A stretch of 64,000 nt of DNA from an uncultured Planctomycetales bacterium (GCA_964427405.1 CAYRUB010000003.1:946-64945), one strand, 5' to 3'; shown: positions 1-9,300, counted from the first letter of the stretch. Program-made: numbers and translations. The notes: a model not told the origin generated them from the letters alone.

Positions 1-1074
1 TAGGCGGTTTTCCAAATATCCAGAAGTCACATTATATTCATGCTTAGCGCTAGTGGTACTATCATTCATATTCTTTACATAATTAAATCCACACACTATC
101 CTGTATATATCCAGCAACTGTTTATCAAGCTGCAGATCCAGGCCTCTCACTGTAGTAGTATGAATATCTTTTTGATTATCAGGATTCCATCCGTCGGATG
201 AATTCTCCATGAATTCCAACCTGTCGTAATTCTGATAAGCCTTAGCTGATACTCCAGTTTGTTCATCCGGATGAAAATTCCAATTAAAATCAAAAAAACG
301 CTTCAGAATATTCTGTTTATCGTCTATATCAGGCCAACTTATTGACCCTGGAACGCCTGTTTTACTTGTATAAAAACCTGAATTAAAACTTACATTATTC
401 TCCCCATTAAGTTCATACCCTAACTTTATATTACAATCTTTAGCGCTAAGTTCTGAATTCTCACGAAAACCTTTAGAACTCTCATATCCTCCACTAACCA
501 GAAAACCTAACTTTTTAACCTTTGCCCCATACAACATGCGTTCAATATATGTCCGGGCAGTACCAAAACTTGAATAAAGCTCTGCCTTCTGGCCTTCCTT
601 AGGAGGATTTTTAGTAATAATATTAACCACTCCCCCCATTGCCGAGCTGCCATAAAGACTGGAACCAGAGCCATGCATAACCTCAACTCTGGATATATTA
701 TCTAAAGGTATATCAGATAAATCTACTTGGCCATCTCTGGGGTTATTTATTGGCCTGCCATCCATCAAAACTAAAACTTGAGCAGCGGTAGAACCGCGCA
801 TCCTAATGGACTTTACCGCATTTGGCCCGCCGTAATTGCTTATATCAACGGAAGTAAGATCAGTAAGAGCGTCAGCTAAATCCTGCGCTCCACTTTTCTC
901 TATTTCTCCTGATGTAACCACATCAACTGTGCGGCCGACATCTCCGGATGATTCTTCTATTCTTGAAGGGGTAACTACGATTTTATCCAGTTCAACATCT
1001 TCTGCGCAGGCAACACTTGAGAGGATTATAACCAATAACGCGGAGTTGAATAATTTCTTACAGACATTTTTCAT
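1..1074 (-). CDS. TonB-dependent outer-membrane receptor (BtuB-like by context), partial; C-terminus lies beyond window start
   Basis: Hand translation of minus strand from ATG at 1074 gives MKNVCKKLFNSALLVIILSSVACAEDVELDKIVVTPSRIEE... with signal peptide, TonB-box-like DKIVVTPSR and plug-domain motifs (IRMRGS, DGRPIN, YGSSAMGGVVNIIT); RBS AGGAAAGGA upstream; no stop before position 1. BtuB assignment rests on the adjacent riboswitch-like leader and cobamide genes. Confidence 0.75.
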   Translation of the reverse strand, partial: MKNVCKKLFNSALLVIILSSVACAEDVELDKIVVTPSRIEESSGDVGRTVDVVTSGEIEKSGAQDLADALTDLTSVDISNYGGPNAVKSIRMRGSTAAQVLVLMDGRPINNPRDGQVDLSDIPLDNISRVEVMHGSGSSLYGSSAMGGVVNIITKNPPKEGQKAELYSSFGTARTYIERMLYGAKVKKLGFLVSGGYESSKGFRENSELSAKDCNIKLGYELNGENNVSFNSGFYTSKTGVPGSISWPDIDDKQNILKRFFDFNWNFHPDEQTGVSAKAYQNYDRLEFMENSSDGWNPDNQKDIHTTTVRGLDLQLDKQLLDIYRIVCGFNYVKNMNDSTTSAKHEYNVTSGYLENRL

Positions 1075-1079
1075 TATAA

Positions 1080-1205
1080 ATTCCTTTCCTTTTCTTCCGA
1101 AAGTACTTTCCCTGATAAATGATCGTCCGGGCTCATTGGCTTAATTTCCAATATTACCGTTGCGGGACAGCGCCTGGGCTTTCACCAGGACTTCCTCCAT
1201 TTATC
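1080..1205 (-). promoter_or_regulatory. Candidate short cobalamin riboswitch in leader of TonB-dependent receptor gene
   Basis: Minus-strand RNA reads ...GGAGGAAGUCCUGGUGAAAGCCCAGGCGCUGUCCCGCAACGGUAA...AAGCCAAUGAGCCCGGAC..., matching the conserved GGUGnAAnUCC...GCnGnCCCGCnACnGUAA core of cobalamin riboswitches; B12-box only partially conserved. Palindrome GGAAAGUACUUUCC just upstream of the RBS may form the expression platform. Confidence 0.5.
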
Positions 1206-1229
1206 CGGATTGTTAACTTTTAATAATTT

Positions 1230-1895
1230 CTAAGCGTATTCTCTAATATCCAAAAACCAGTATTTCCCAAAACTCTCTCTGAATACAGGTTGCGTATTCA
1301 GTATTCTGATCGGCTCCCTGAATAACGGGCCATCAACTACTAATGTGTGAAACTCTCCTTTCTCCCCGCAGGGGTCAATTCCCGGATTTAGCTCTTCTAC
1401 AAACTTCCTGTCAATAATACGGCCCAGCCATTCTTTACTCAATAAATCAGCTTTAACCGCCACCACTACAGACCTAAAACCGGAATCAATAATTTCCAAT
1501 ATTAATTCTTTGGTATCTCTGCCCCATAATGGCATAATCACCTCTACCTCTGCCTCCCGGCAGACTGCATCAATCCACTCTTTATGTTCTTTAAGGTATA
1601 TATCACCGAAAACTACTCCTTCGATACCCGCCTTATTTTTCCATTCGCAAATCAATGCTTTAAATTCATCGCGGTAGGCCTCACTGGTATCAGGCATTGA
1701 CTTTTGCTCTATCGGTATACCAATAGCCTGAGATTGTTTAAGAATAAGCGACGCGGGCAATCCATGAGAAAGTGAATTCTTGCCCATGGGATCCGTAAAA
1801 TTAAATAGTACCGAGAGATCATAGCCCAGGGAGATGGCTTTATAACAGGCAAAACAACTATCCTTTCCCGCGCTCCATAGACCCGCTACTTTCAT
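1230..1895 (-). CDS. PP-loop ATP pyrophosphatase of the Dph6/MJ0570 (DUF71, COG2102) family
   Basis: 221 aa; N-terminal MKVAGLWSAGKDSCFA matches the SGGKDS PP-loop of diphthine-ammonia ligase-like ATPases; size typical of MJ0570. Stop overlaps start of cobQ (1892), so probably co-transcribed with cobamide genes. Confidence 0.65.
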   Translation of the reverse strand: MKVAGLWSAGKDSCFACYKAISLGYDLSVLFNFTDPMGKNSLSHGLPASLILKQSQAIGIPIEQKSMPDTSEAYRDEFKALICEWKNKAGIEGVVFGDIYLKEHKEWIDAVCREAEVEVIMPLWGRDTKELILEIIDSGFRSVVVAVKADLLSKEWLGRIIDRKFVEELNPGIDPCGEKGEFHTLVVDGPLFREPIRILNTQPVFRESFGKYWFLDIREYA

Positions 1896-3412
1896 TGCAG
1901 CCCTCCTGCAAGGATCTTGCGTAATGAACCCATATCAATATTTTCTCTTACCAATTGGGCTAATTTATCAAATTCTTTGTCCGGATTAAGATTCTCTTTT
2001 ACCGGCAGAGCAGGCCAATTCCTTTTCTTTCTTAACCTATTCAGAAAACTTCTTCTGAAGGGGCTTGCGTCAAATATACCATGGATATATGTTCCTAAAA
2101 TTCGCCGATCACTACTTATCACTCCCTCATTATATTTTATTTTCTTGCCGTTACATTCAGAGACTTCAAAAAAATGATTGCACCTTCCTGTAATCCTGGT
2201 TAATCCGTGATGAATCTCATAGCCGGATAACTTTAATCCCGAGATAAGTTCTTTTGCCTCAACCCGCGCAAGAACTTTATCAGCTTTTAAGCTGGTTTCA
2301 ACCGGAAGAATATTCATTCCCTGGATCTGCTTCTGTTTTGATTCCAATCCATATTTATCAAGTATCCGCTTGCCTAACATCTGGTAACCACCGCAGATCC
2401 CCAGTAAAGAAACTGTCTTATCAGAGTTAATAATAGATAGTATCCTGTTTGTAAATCCCGATTTCATCAGGTATCTTAAATCAGAGATCGTATTCTTTGT
2501 CCCGGGGATAATAATCATATCCGGCTTCTTTAATTCTTCAGGACTTTTTACGTAACGTAAACACACATCAGGCTCTTTTTCCAGTGTATCGAAATCCGTA
2601 AAATTGGAGATATGCGGCAGATAAAGCACATCAATATTAAGCTTACGCTTTCCGCCAGAGGAGCTATCCTTAAAACTATCCAAAGGCACGGCGTCCTCTT
2701 CAGGAATTTTTATATTCTTATAGTAAGGAATGACTCCCAATACCTTGATACCAGTGCGCCTCTGTAAAAAATCTATTCCAGGCTTAAGCAAAGTCATATC
2801 CCCGCGAAACTTATTTATAATTATACCCTTGATCATCCTTCTCTCTTTAAAGGTCAATAACTCAAGTGTACCGATGATCCAGGCAAAAACCCCACCCTTA
2901 TCAATATCACCTACTAAAATCACCGGCGCCTTGGCGAAAGCCGCCATTTTCAAGTTTACTATGTCGTGTGATTTTAAATTTATCTCTGCAGGGCTGCCAG
3001 CTCCCTCTATAACAACAACCTCATAATCATCAGCTAACCTCCGGAAGGAACTCCTTACTACTCCCAAAAGCCTGCTTTTGTATTTTGTATAACGTAAGGC
3101 ATGCATATTGCCGATGGGTTTACCCAGGACAATAACCTGCGCGCCTACATCGCTGGTTGGCTTAATCAAAACAGGATTCATCTCCACTGTCGGCTCTATG
3201 CGGCAGGCTTGAGCCTGGGTTGCCTGAGCCCGGCCGATCTCCCCCTGGCCTCTGGTAACAAATGAATTCAAGGACATATTCTGGGCTTTAAAAGGCGCAA
3301 CCCTGTAACCCTCCTGCAAAAAAATCCTGCATAAGGCCGAGACAATCACGCTTTTACCCACCCCAGAACCTGTACCGCAAATCTGCAATGTTTTTGTTTT
3401 CATTATACGCAA
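1892..3412 (-). CDS. cobQ: Cobyric acid synthase
   Basis: 506 aa; N-terminal DTBS-like ATPase domain (ICGTGSGVGKS) plus C-terminal glutamine amidotransferase domain (GICGGYQMLG, HGIFD); typical CobQ/CbiP size. Confidence 0.9.
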   Translation of the reverse strand: MRIMKTKTLQICGTGSGVGKSVIVSALCRIFLQEGYRVAPFKAQNMSLNSFVTRGQGEIGRAQATQAQACRIEPTVEMNPVLIKPTSDVGAQVIVLGKPIGNMHALRYTKYKSRLLGVVRSSFRRLADDYEVVVIEGAGSPAEINLKSHDIVNLKMAAFAKAPVILVGDIDKGGVFAWIIGTLELLTFKERRMIKGIIINKFRGDMTLLKPGIDFLQRRTGIKVLGVIPYYKNIKIPEEDAVPLDSFKDSSSGGKRKLNIDVLYLPHISNFTDFDTLEKEPDVCLRYVKSPEELKKPDMIIIPGTKNTISDLRYLMKSGFTNRILSIINSDKTVSLLGICGGYQMLGKRILDKYGLESKQKQIQGMNILPVETSLKADKVLARVEAKELISGLKLSGYEIHHGLTRITGRCNHFFEVSECNGKKIKYNEGVISSDRRILGTYIHGIFDASPFRRSFLNRLRKKRNWPALPVKENLNPDKEFDKLAQLVRENIDMGSLRKILAGGLQ

Positions 3413-3416
3413 TATT

Positions 3417-4166
3417 TTAATGGTAAATATTTCCCAGGATAAAAACCGACAAGAGAGTAACTATTTCCGTTATTTCAATCCCCGCCCCCAAAGTATCACC
3501 GGTTATACCACCTATTTTTTTAGTTGAGAATTTACCCATCACATAACTAAGGCCGGTAATAATTAACAATATGACCAGTCCTTTTATCTGCCAGACTACA
3601 GCCGCAGCAACAACCGCTGCAATTGAAGAAAGAATAAATATTCTTAAATTCATTCCTTTGATAAATACTCCTGCTTTACCCTCCTGCCGGGCATAAGGGA
3701 AAAAAAATATTGTAGCTACCGCTGAGAAGCGACTTAAACTGCACATCAACATTAAAATGATAGGTTTTAAAGATAGACTTATTGAAAAAAGTAAAACAAC
3801 CTTTAACAATATTACACTGATCAAACTTAAAACACCCATTACCCCGGTATGGGAATCACGCATTATCCCAAGCATTTGTTCCTTAGGTTTTCCACTTAAG
3901 AAGGCATCACTAGTATCCGACAAGCCATCCAGATGCATCCCCCCGGTAATAACGATCAAAACAACCACAATAATCACATTCAGGGTCAGGGAAGGAAAGT
4001 TCAAAAAGGATAACAACACATTTACCCCCGCAAGAAATAACCCCAGGAGCAGGCCGATAAGCGGAAAAAATACCATTGAACCCGCCATCCTTTGCGCCCC
4101 GGCATCCTTTAGCTTAAGCGGAATAACGGTTAAAAACTGCAACGCCAGTAAAAATGAGGTTATCAT
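3417..4166 (-). CDS. cobS: Adenosylcobinamide-GDP ribazoletransferase (cobalamin synthase)
   Basis: 249 aa polytopic membrane protein with CobS signature GGMHLDGLSDTSDA. Confidence 0.9.
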   Translation of the reverse strand: MITSFLLALQFLTVIPLKLKDAGAQRMAGSMVFFPLIGLLLGLFLAGVNVLLSFLNFPSLTLNVIIVVVLIVITGGMHLDGLSDTSDAFLSGKPKEQMLGIMRDSHTGVMGVLSLISVILLKVVLLFSISLSLKPIILMLMCSLSRFSAVATIFFFPYARQEGKAGVFIKGMNLRIFILSSIAAVVAAAVVWQIKGLVILLIITGLSYVMGKFSTKKIGGITGDTLGAGIEITEIVTLLSVFILGNIYH

Positions 4167-5221
4167 ATATTCTTCTCTGATACATTGGCGCTCTTAAATG
4201 TCGCCATCTGGGTAAGAACTTTAATCGCGGCGTCGGCTAATCCAATGCCCAAAGCCCCGCCAGTGCCCTCGCCAAGCCTTAAATCCAAATCTAACAGCGG
4301 CCTTAATCCGATATGCTCCAGAATAATTTTATGCCCCCCTTCTTGAGACTTATGCGCGGCGATCATATAATCTTTTGTCTTAGGCTCAATCTTAAAAGCT
4401 ACTAACGCGGCAGCCCCGGATATAAATCCATCAATAACTACAGGAGTTTTATGGGAAGCGGCAGCCAGAATTATACCCGCTAACCCGGCGATTTCAAATC
4501 CGCCCACCTTGGATAAAACATCAATCGCGTCTGTTGGGTCAGGTTTATTCACCAGAAGTGATCTCTTAATAACCTCAATTTTGTTCTTTAAACCTGAATC
4601 ATTAAGACCGGCCCCTTTCCCGGCTACCTCTTCAACTGATTTAGCGGTAAAAGAAGCGGTAATCGCGCTGGCAGCGGTAGTATTGCCTATACCCATCTCA
4701 CCGGTCCCAACAATATCAACGCCTAGCTTTAGCTCTTCCTCAAAAATCTCTATTCCCGCGCAAATTGCTTTTATTGCCTCATCCCTGCTCATCGCCGGGC
4801 CTTTAGCCATATTTTTTGTCCCGTAATTTATTTTCTTAACCCGTAACCCTGGATCAGGTTTAAGGTCGCTTGCAACACCCATATCTACGACCACCACCTT
4901 TGCGCCAACATGTTTTGCCAAAACATTTATGCCTGCTCCTCCTCCCATAAAATTATAAACCATTTGAGCGGTAACTTCTTTTGGATAAGCGCTCACCCCT
5001 TCATCTGTAACGCCGTGGTCCGCGGCTAAAGTAAAAATGACTTTACGCTCTAATACCGGGCTGAGATTTCCGGTAATTCCGCAGATTTGTTTTGCCAGCT
5101 CCTCTAATCTTCCTAAACTACCTAATGGCTTAGTTAAATTATCCAATCTTTCCTGGGCTTTCCTTATGATTTCATGGTCAATTCTTGAAATATTTTTAGT
5201 TACTTTCTTTATTCTTTCCAC
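4163..5221 (-). CDS. cobT: Nicotinate-nucleotide--dimethylbenzimidazole phosphoribosyltransferase
   Basis: 352 aa; GTGEMGIGNTT motif and overall CobT architecture. Confidence 0.9.
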   Translation of the reverse strand: MERIKKVTKNISRIDHEIIRKAQERLDNLTKPLGSLGRLEELAKQICGITGNLSPVLERKVIFTLAADHGVTDEGVSAYPKEVTAQMVYNFMGGGAGINVLAKHVGAKVVVVDMGVASDLKPDPGLRVKKINYGTKNMAKGPAMSRDEAIKAICAGIEIFEEELKLGVDIVGTGEMGIGNTTAASAITASFTAKSVEEVAGKGAGLNDSGLKNKIEVIKRSLLVNKPDPTDAIDVLSKVGGFEIAGLAGIILAAASHKTPVVIDGFISGAAALVAFKIEPKTKDYMIAAHKSQEGGHKIILEHIGLRPLLDLDLRLGEGTGGALGIGLADAAIKVLTQMATFKSANVSEKNI

Positions 5222-5749
5222 TTATTTTTCTCCTTTTATCTTTAGCGGTATTCCCGCGACAATAAAAAATACCTTATCAGCATTCCTGGCGACCATCTGG
5301 TTGACTCTTCCCGCAATATCACGAAAATCCCTGCCCAGTTTATTCACGGGAACCAAACCTAAACCCACTTCATTAGAAACCATAATTACCTTTGCTTTCT
5401 TCTTACTTAAAACAGCTAACAGTTCTTCAATTTTCTCCAAGATTTGCTCTTGGCTATTCTTGGAAAGAATAAGATTTGAGACTAGAAGAGTCAAACAATC
5501 AATAAGAATGCAATCAAAACCATTACCTAACTTCCCAATTAATCTTGCCAGATCCCTAGGTTCCTCAAAGGTCTTCCAGTGTTTCGGCCTTGATTCTTTA
5601 TGCAACCTGATGCGCTCTTGCATCTCCTTATCTAAACCAAGGCAGGTGGCGATAAAAGCGACTTTTTTATATTTCTTAGCCAGTCTCAAAGCATAACTGC
5701 TCTTGCCGCTGCGCGCTCCTCCCAAGATTAAAGTTATTTTATTCATCAT
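5222..5749 (-). CDS. cobU: Bifunctional adenosylcobinamide kinase / adenosylcobinamide-phosphate guanylyltransferase
   Basis: 175 aa; P-loop ILGGARSGKS at N-terminus; CobU size. Confidence 0.9.
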   Translation of the reverse strand: MMNKITLILGGARSGKSSYALRLAKKYKKVAFIATCLGLDKEMQERIRLHKESRPKHWKTFEEPRDLARLIGKLGNGFDCILIDCLTLLVSNLILSKNSQEQILEKIEELLAVLSKKKAKVIMVSNEVGLGLVPVNKLGRDFRDIAGRVNQMVARNADKVFFIVAGIPLKIKGEK

Positions 5750-6346
5750 TTACCTCATATGTGTTTTATTGTTAAACTTCCTTATCTCATACTTATTGTT
5801 TTTATATTCCACGATTGTCACACTAGCCGGAGACGGAACATAACCCCAAAAATCCTTGTTCTTTAATATACTACTCACAAATATACCGATTACTCCGCCG
5901 TGACAGACCACGGCAATGGTTTTGCCGTGATTAAGTAAAAGTATTTTTCTTATGGCGCTTTCCACCCTCTTTTTAAAAACCGGCATTGACTCCGCGCGCG
6001 GAATCCGGCCTTGATAGGGATTAGCCAGCCATTCCTTATAAACCTTGGGATATCTCTCTATAATCTCGTCATGCTTCAATCCTTCAAACACCCCGAAATT
6101 AATCTCCCTTAAACCTTTGGCTTTGGTAAAACTTTTACTTCCAAAAAGTATAGACCTGGTTTGGAGCGCGCGTTTTCTATCGCTGCAATATATTCTGTCG
6201 AAACCGATATCCTTAAGGCTCTTACGCAATTTAACAACTTGGGATTTGCCTTTCCTGCTTAAGCTTACATCCTTATACCCGCAATAACGCCCCTGCTTAT
6301 TCCATTCGGTTATGCCATGGCGGATTAAGATAAGTTTTGTCGTCAT
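5750..6346 (-). CDS. cobC: Alpha-ribazole-5'-phosphate phosphatase (histidine phosphatase family)
   Basis: 198 aa; LIRHGITEWN phosphohistidine motif of the PGM/histidine-phosphatase branch; position between cobU and btuD. Confidence 0.8.
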   Translation of the reverse strand: MTTKLILIRHGITEWNKQGRYCGYKDVSLSRKGKSQVVKLRKSLKDIGFDRIYCSDRKRALQTRSILFGSKSFTKAKGLREINFGVFEGLKHDEIIERYPKVYKEWLANPYQGRIPRAESMPVFKKRVESAIRKILLLNHGKTIAVVCHGGVIGIFVSSILKNKDFWGYVPSPASVTIVEYKNNKYEIRKFNNKTHMR

Positions 6347-7134
6347 TACTTCTCTCCCGGGACCAAAACCACATTAGGCTTACCTGTAACTGAGTTATTA
6401 TTCACCAAAACAATCGTTTTATAAACCGCTTCAATATTTTGATAAGTTAAGACTTTTTCCGGACTGCCCTCTTTAAAAATAATACCCTTATCCAGAAGGG
6501 CAATGCGGTTGGAATACGCGCTGGCTAAGTTCAAATCATGCAGGATCATTACGATCGTAAGGTTATTCTTCCGGTTAAGTTTTTTCAATAAATCCAAGGT
6601 CTGCACCTGATGCCCGATATCCAGGTGCGAAGTCGGCTCATCCAGAAATAAAAGCTCAGGCTCCTGTGCTAAAGCCCGGGCAATCACCACCCGCTGGCGC
6701 TCACCTGCGCTTAATTCATCAATACGCTTATCTTTCAAGTTTAAGGTATCGGTTAGCTTAAGTTTTTCCCTGGCAATCTCAATATCTTTTTTAGTCTCAT
6801 ACTGCAGCCGCTTTAAATGCGGGATCCTGCCCATCAAAACCAGCTCCATAACCGTAAAAGAAAAACCGGTTGAGATATCCTGGGAAACAAAAGCTACTTT
6901 GCGGCAAAATTCCTTTAAATCCATCCGCAAGATATTTTCATCCTTATAAAAAATCTCCCCCTTTTTAAAAGGGAGAACCCGGGTTATCAGGCGCAAAAGC
7001 GTAGTCTTTCCTGATCCATTAGGCCCGATAATCCCCAAAAAATCTCCCTGATTTACATTCAGAGACAATCCCCTAATAACATCTTCCTTATAATAGCCGC
7101 CGCTTAAATTTTTTATCTTTAATAAAACACTCAT
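6346..7134 (-). CDS. btuD: ABC transporter ATP-binding protein, cobalamin/siderophore type
   Basis: 262 aa; Walker A GPNGSGKTTLL, signature LSAGERQRV, Walker B LLFLDEPTSHLD; FecE/BtuD family. Confidence 0.85.
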   Translation of the reverse strand: MSVLLKIKNLSGGYYKEDVIRGLSLNVNQGDFLGIIGPNGSGKTTLLRLITRVLPFKKGEIFYKDENILRMDLKEFCRKVAFVSQDISTGFSFTVMELVLMGRIPHLKRLQYETKKDIEIAREKLKLTDTLNLKDKRIDELSAGERQRVVIARALAQEPELLFLDEPTSHLDIGHQVQTLDLLKKLNRKNNLTIVMILHDLNLASAYSNRIALLDKGIIFKEGSPEKVLTYQNIEAVYKTIVLVNNNSVTGKPNVVLVPGEK

Positions 7135-8087
7135 GATATTCTCTTTCCTTTTTTTAGAAGGATAATAAACACCGGAGCCCCAATTACCGCAGTAATCACG
7201 CCAATCGGAATTTCAACGGGGGAAAAAAGCGTGCGTGATAGAAGGTCGCAGAGAATTATAAACACCGAGGCGGCCAAACAGGTAGTCGGGATAAGAATTT
7301 TGTGATTCGGACCCACAATCAAACGCATCATATGCGGTACGATCAAACCGACAAATCCAATTATCCCGCAGATACAAATAAGGCTAGCGGTGATTAAAGC
7401 CGTAATGAGAATAAGAATTTTCTTTATGCTCTGTGTATCTATGCCCAAATGCATAGCCTCTTCTTCCCCTATGCTGATAGCATTAAGGTCCTGAGCGAAT
7501 AAATATATCACGCCTATCCCCAAAATAACGGGGAAAGCAACCAGAAGCAGAAGTTTATAATCATAAACTTGCAAACTTCCCCATAACCACCAGTTCATTT
7601 CATGCATTGCTTCGTTCCCGAATAAAGAGACTAAAAATACTATCAGCGAAGAGAAGGCTACTGAAATAATTACTCCGGAGAGAATTAAGGATTTATCTGT
7701 GATTACCCCTTTTTCCCGGGCCAAATTATAAACGATGATAATGCTGAGCGCTGCGCCCAGGAATGCTGCCAGCGGCATATAAATTCTTGAGACACCCAAT
7801 ATCGCCGCGCTTACCGCGGCTAAACCCGCGCCGCTAGAAGTCCCCAATAAATACGGCTCAGCCAATGGATTCCGCAATATTGCCTGAAGCGCTATCCCGG
7901 AAACTGCCAATCCGCTGCCCACAAGGATTCCGGCAACAATCCGCAGCAGGCGTAAATTAAAAATTGCCTGGTTATCTTTAAACAAAAGATTGGCTGCCGG
8001 AATATTCACTGCGCCTTTTAACAGTCCAAGAATTACGGCAACACCGAGCAATAACAATAAGATCAAAAGGTTTCTTTTTAAGCGCAT
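7131..8087 (-). CDS. btuC: ABC transporter permease, FecCD/BtuC family
   Basis: 318 aa, ~9 TM helices; FecCD-family pattern; stop/start overlap with btuD. Confidence 0.85.
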   Translation of the reverse strand: MRLKRNLLILLLLLGVAVILGLLKGAVNIPAANLLFKDNQAIFNLRLLRIVAGILVGSGLAVSGIALQAILRNPLAEPYLLGTSSGAGLAAVSAAILGVSRIYMPLAAFLGAALSIIIVYNLAREKGVITDKSLILSGVIISVAFSSLIVFLVSLFGNEAMHEMNWWLWGSLQVYDYKLLLLVAFPVILGIGVIYLFAQDLNAISIGEEEAMHLGIDTQSIKKILILITALITASLICICGIIGFVGLIVPHMMRLIVGPNHKILIPTTCLAASVFIILCDLLSRTLFSPVEIPIGVITAVIGAPVFIILLKKGKRIS

Positions 8088-8089
8088 AT

Positions 8090-8923
8090 TTATTTCCCGG
8101 GATATAATCTTTTATAGATCTCTGCCAGACCCTGGGTTATCCTCGGGCCGGGCCTAAGCAAAGTATCCGGATCAATATCATTAAAAACCCGCTTGTTCTT
8201 TACCGCATCTATTTTATCCCAACCAAAACGCTGCTGAACTAATTTTAGAGGCGCTTCCTTGTCCATATACGCCAGGATAATACATTGCGGGTTAAGGCTA
8301 ATTACCTTTTCCGAGCTAAAATTACAATAAGGCCGGATAAGGTCGTGCGCAATATTAATTCCTCCGGCTAAAGTAATTAACTCATCCACAAAAGAGCCTT
8401 TGGCCGCAGTCATTAACGGTTCTTGCCAGATCTCAATAAAAACCTTAATTTTCTTTTCCTGAGGAATAAACCTTACCCGAGAAGCCACTTCCTCAATTTC
8501 ACTTTTCATTTTTGCGATCAACAACCGAGCTTCTTTTGCTCTATTAGTAATTTTCCCTATTTCTTCAATGGTTTCAAACAGTTCTTCGGCACTTACCGGG
8601 TCAGCAACATAAACATTAAAATTAAGCTGCCTTAACTGCGCAACAACCGGAGCCTGCTCAAGTCCGGTACAAAGAATATAATCGGGTTTCAAAGAAATTA
8701 TTTTCTCTATGCTTGGACTGCTAAAATTTCCCACCTTAGTTTTATTCTTGGCTTGCTCCGGGTAATTACAATAAGTACTCACTCCCGCAATTTCTTCATC
8801 TAAACCCAAAGCAAAAAGTATTTCAGTAGTTGATGGCGCAAGGCTGATATAACGGGGTTGCGCTGCGGCAGCATAGCCAAAAAATAAACCAATAAATATA
8901 CTTATAAAAATTATTTTCTTCAT
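8090..8923 (-). CDS. btuF: Periplasmic cobalamin-binding protein (TroA-like class III SBP)
   Basis: 277 aa; signal peptide; ISLAPSTTEILFALG motif typical of BtuF/FhuD-like binding proteins; first gene downstream of the riboswitch. Confidence 0.8.
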   Translation of the reverse strand: MKKIIFISIFIGLFFGYAAAAQPRYISLAPSTTEILFALGLDEEIAGVSTYCNYPEQAKNKTKVGNFSSPSIEKIISLKPDYILCTGLEQAPVVAQLRQLNFNVYVADPVSAEELFETIEEIGKITNRAKEARLLIAKMKSEIEEVASRVRFIPQEKKIKVFIEIWQEPLMTAAKGSFVDELITLAGGINIAHDLIRPYCNFSSEKVISLNPQCIILAYMDKEAPLKLVQQRFGWDKIDAVKNKRVFNDIDPDTLLRPGPRITQGLAEIYKRLYPGK

Positions 8924-8968
8924 ATAAACAAAAACGCCCGACCTAGTACTTTTGTACTTAAATCGGGC
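8924..8968 (-). terminator. Intrinsic terminator forming the expression platform of the btuF riboswitch
   Basis: Minus RNA GCCCGAuuuaaguacaaaaguacuagGUCGGGCGUUUUUGUUUAU followed directly by the btuF AUG: GC stem plus U-tract. Confidence 0.6.
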
Positions 8969-9240
8969 TTTACCCTGATAATTTCTTTACCCGATCCACG
9001 AGGCACTTATTCCTTATATAGGCAGGTCTTCTGGCTCAAGTCTCATCCTACTTGCTGCGCCTTCCCATTTTGACTTTCGTCAACACAGTGGCTTTTGCAG
9101 CTTTCGTCAACTCTTACAGCGGCGGGACCGCATCCGATTAACACACAAGTGTTACACCCGCGCAATTCCAATTAGCGCGGAGTGTAAACTTATAATTAGG
9201 TATGCCTACGGATTTCCCTTAACCTATATTTACTTCACTA
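8969..9240 (-). promoter_or_regulatory. Cobalamin (AdoCbl) riboswitch, aptamer domain
   Basis: Minus RNA contains AAGGGAAAUCC, GCGGUCCCGCCGCUGUAAG, GCCACUGUG...GGGAAGGCG and B12-box AGCCAGAAGACCUGCC in the canonical order. Confidence 0.85.
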
Positions 9241-9254
9241 AATTTTCTACTTTT

Positions 9255-9282
9255 ACTTTAACACTTGGTAACAATTTGTCAA
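9255..9282 (-). promoter_or_regulatory. Putative sigma70-type promoter for riboswitch-btuFCD-cob operon
   Basis: Minus strand TTGACA-16 nt-TAAAGT about 10 nt upstream of the riboswitch 5' region. Confidence 0.35.
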
Positions 9283-9300
9283 GAAAAAATGACATCTTGC

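Noticed and set aside
836-1144. 102-aa plus-strand ORF at the 5' end of the TonB-receptor gene
   Set aside because: Antisense to a well-supported receptor N-terminus and riboswitch-like leader; low-complexity Ser/Thr product.
5037-5696. 219-aa plus-strand ORF across cobT/cobU
   Set aside because: Antisense to two strongly supported cobamide genes; no homology. The same applies to the other plus-strand ORFs in the track (e.g. 14448-14912, 24484-24994, 46986-47465).
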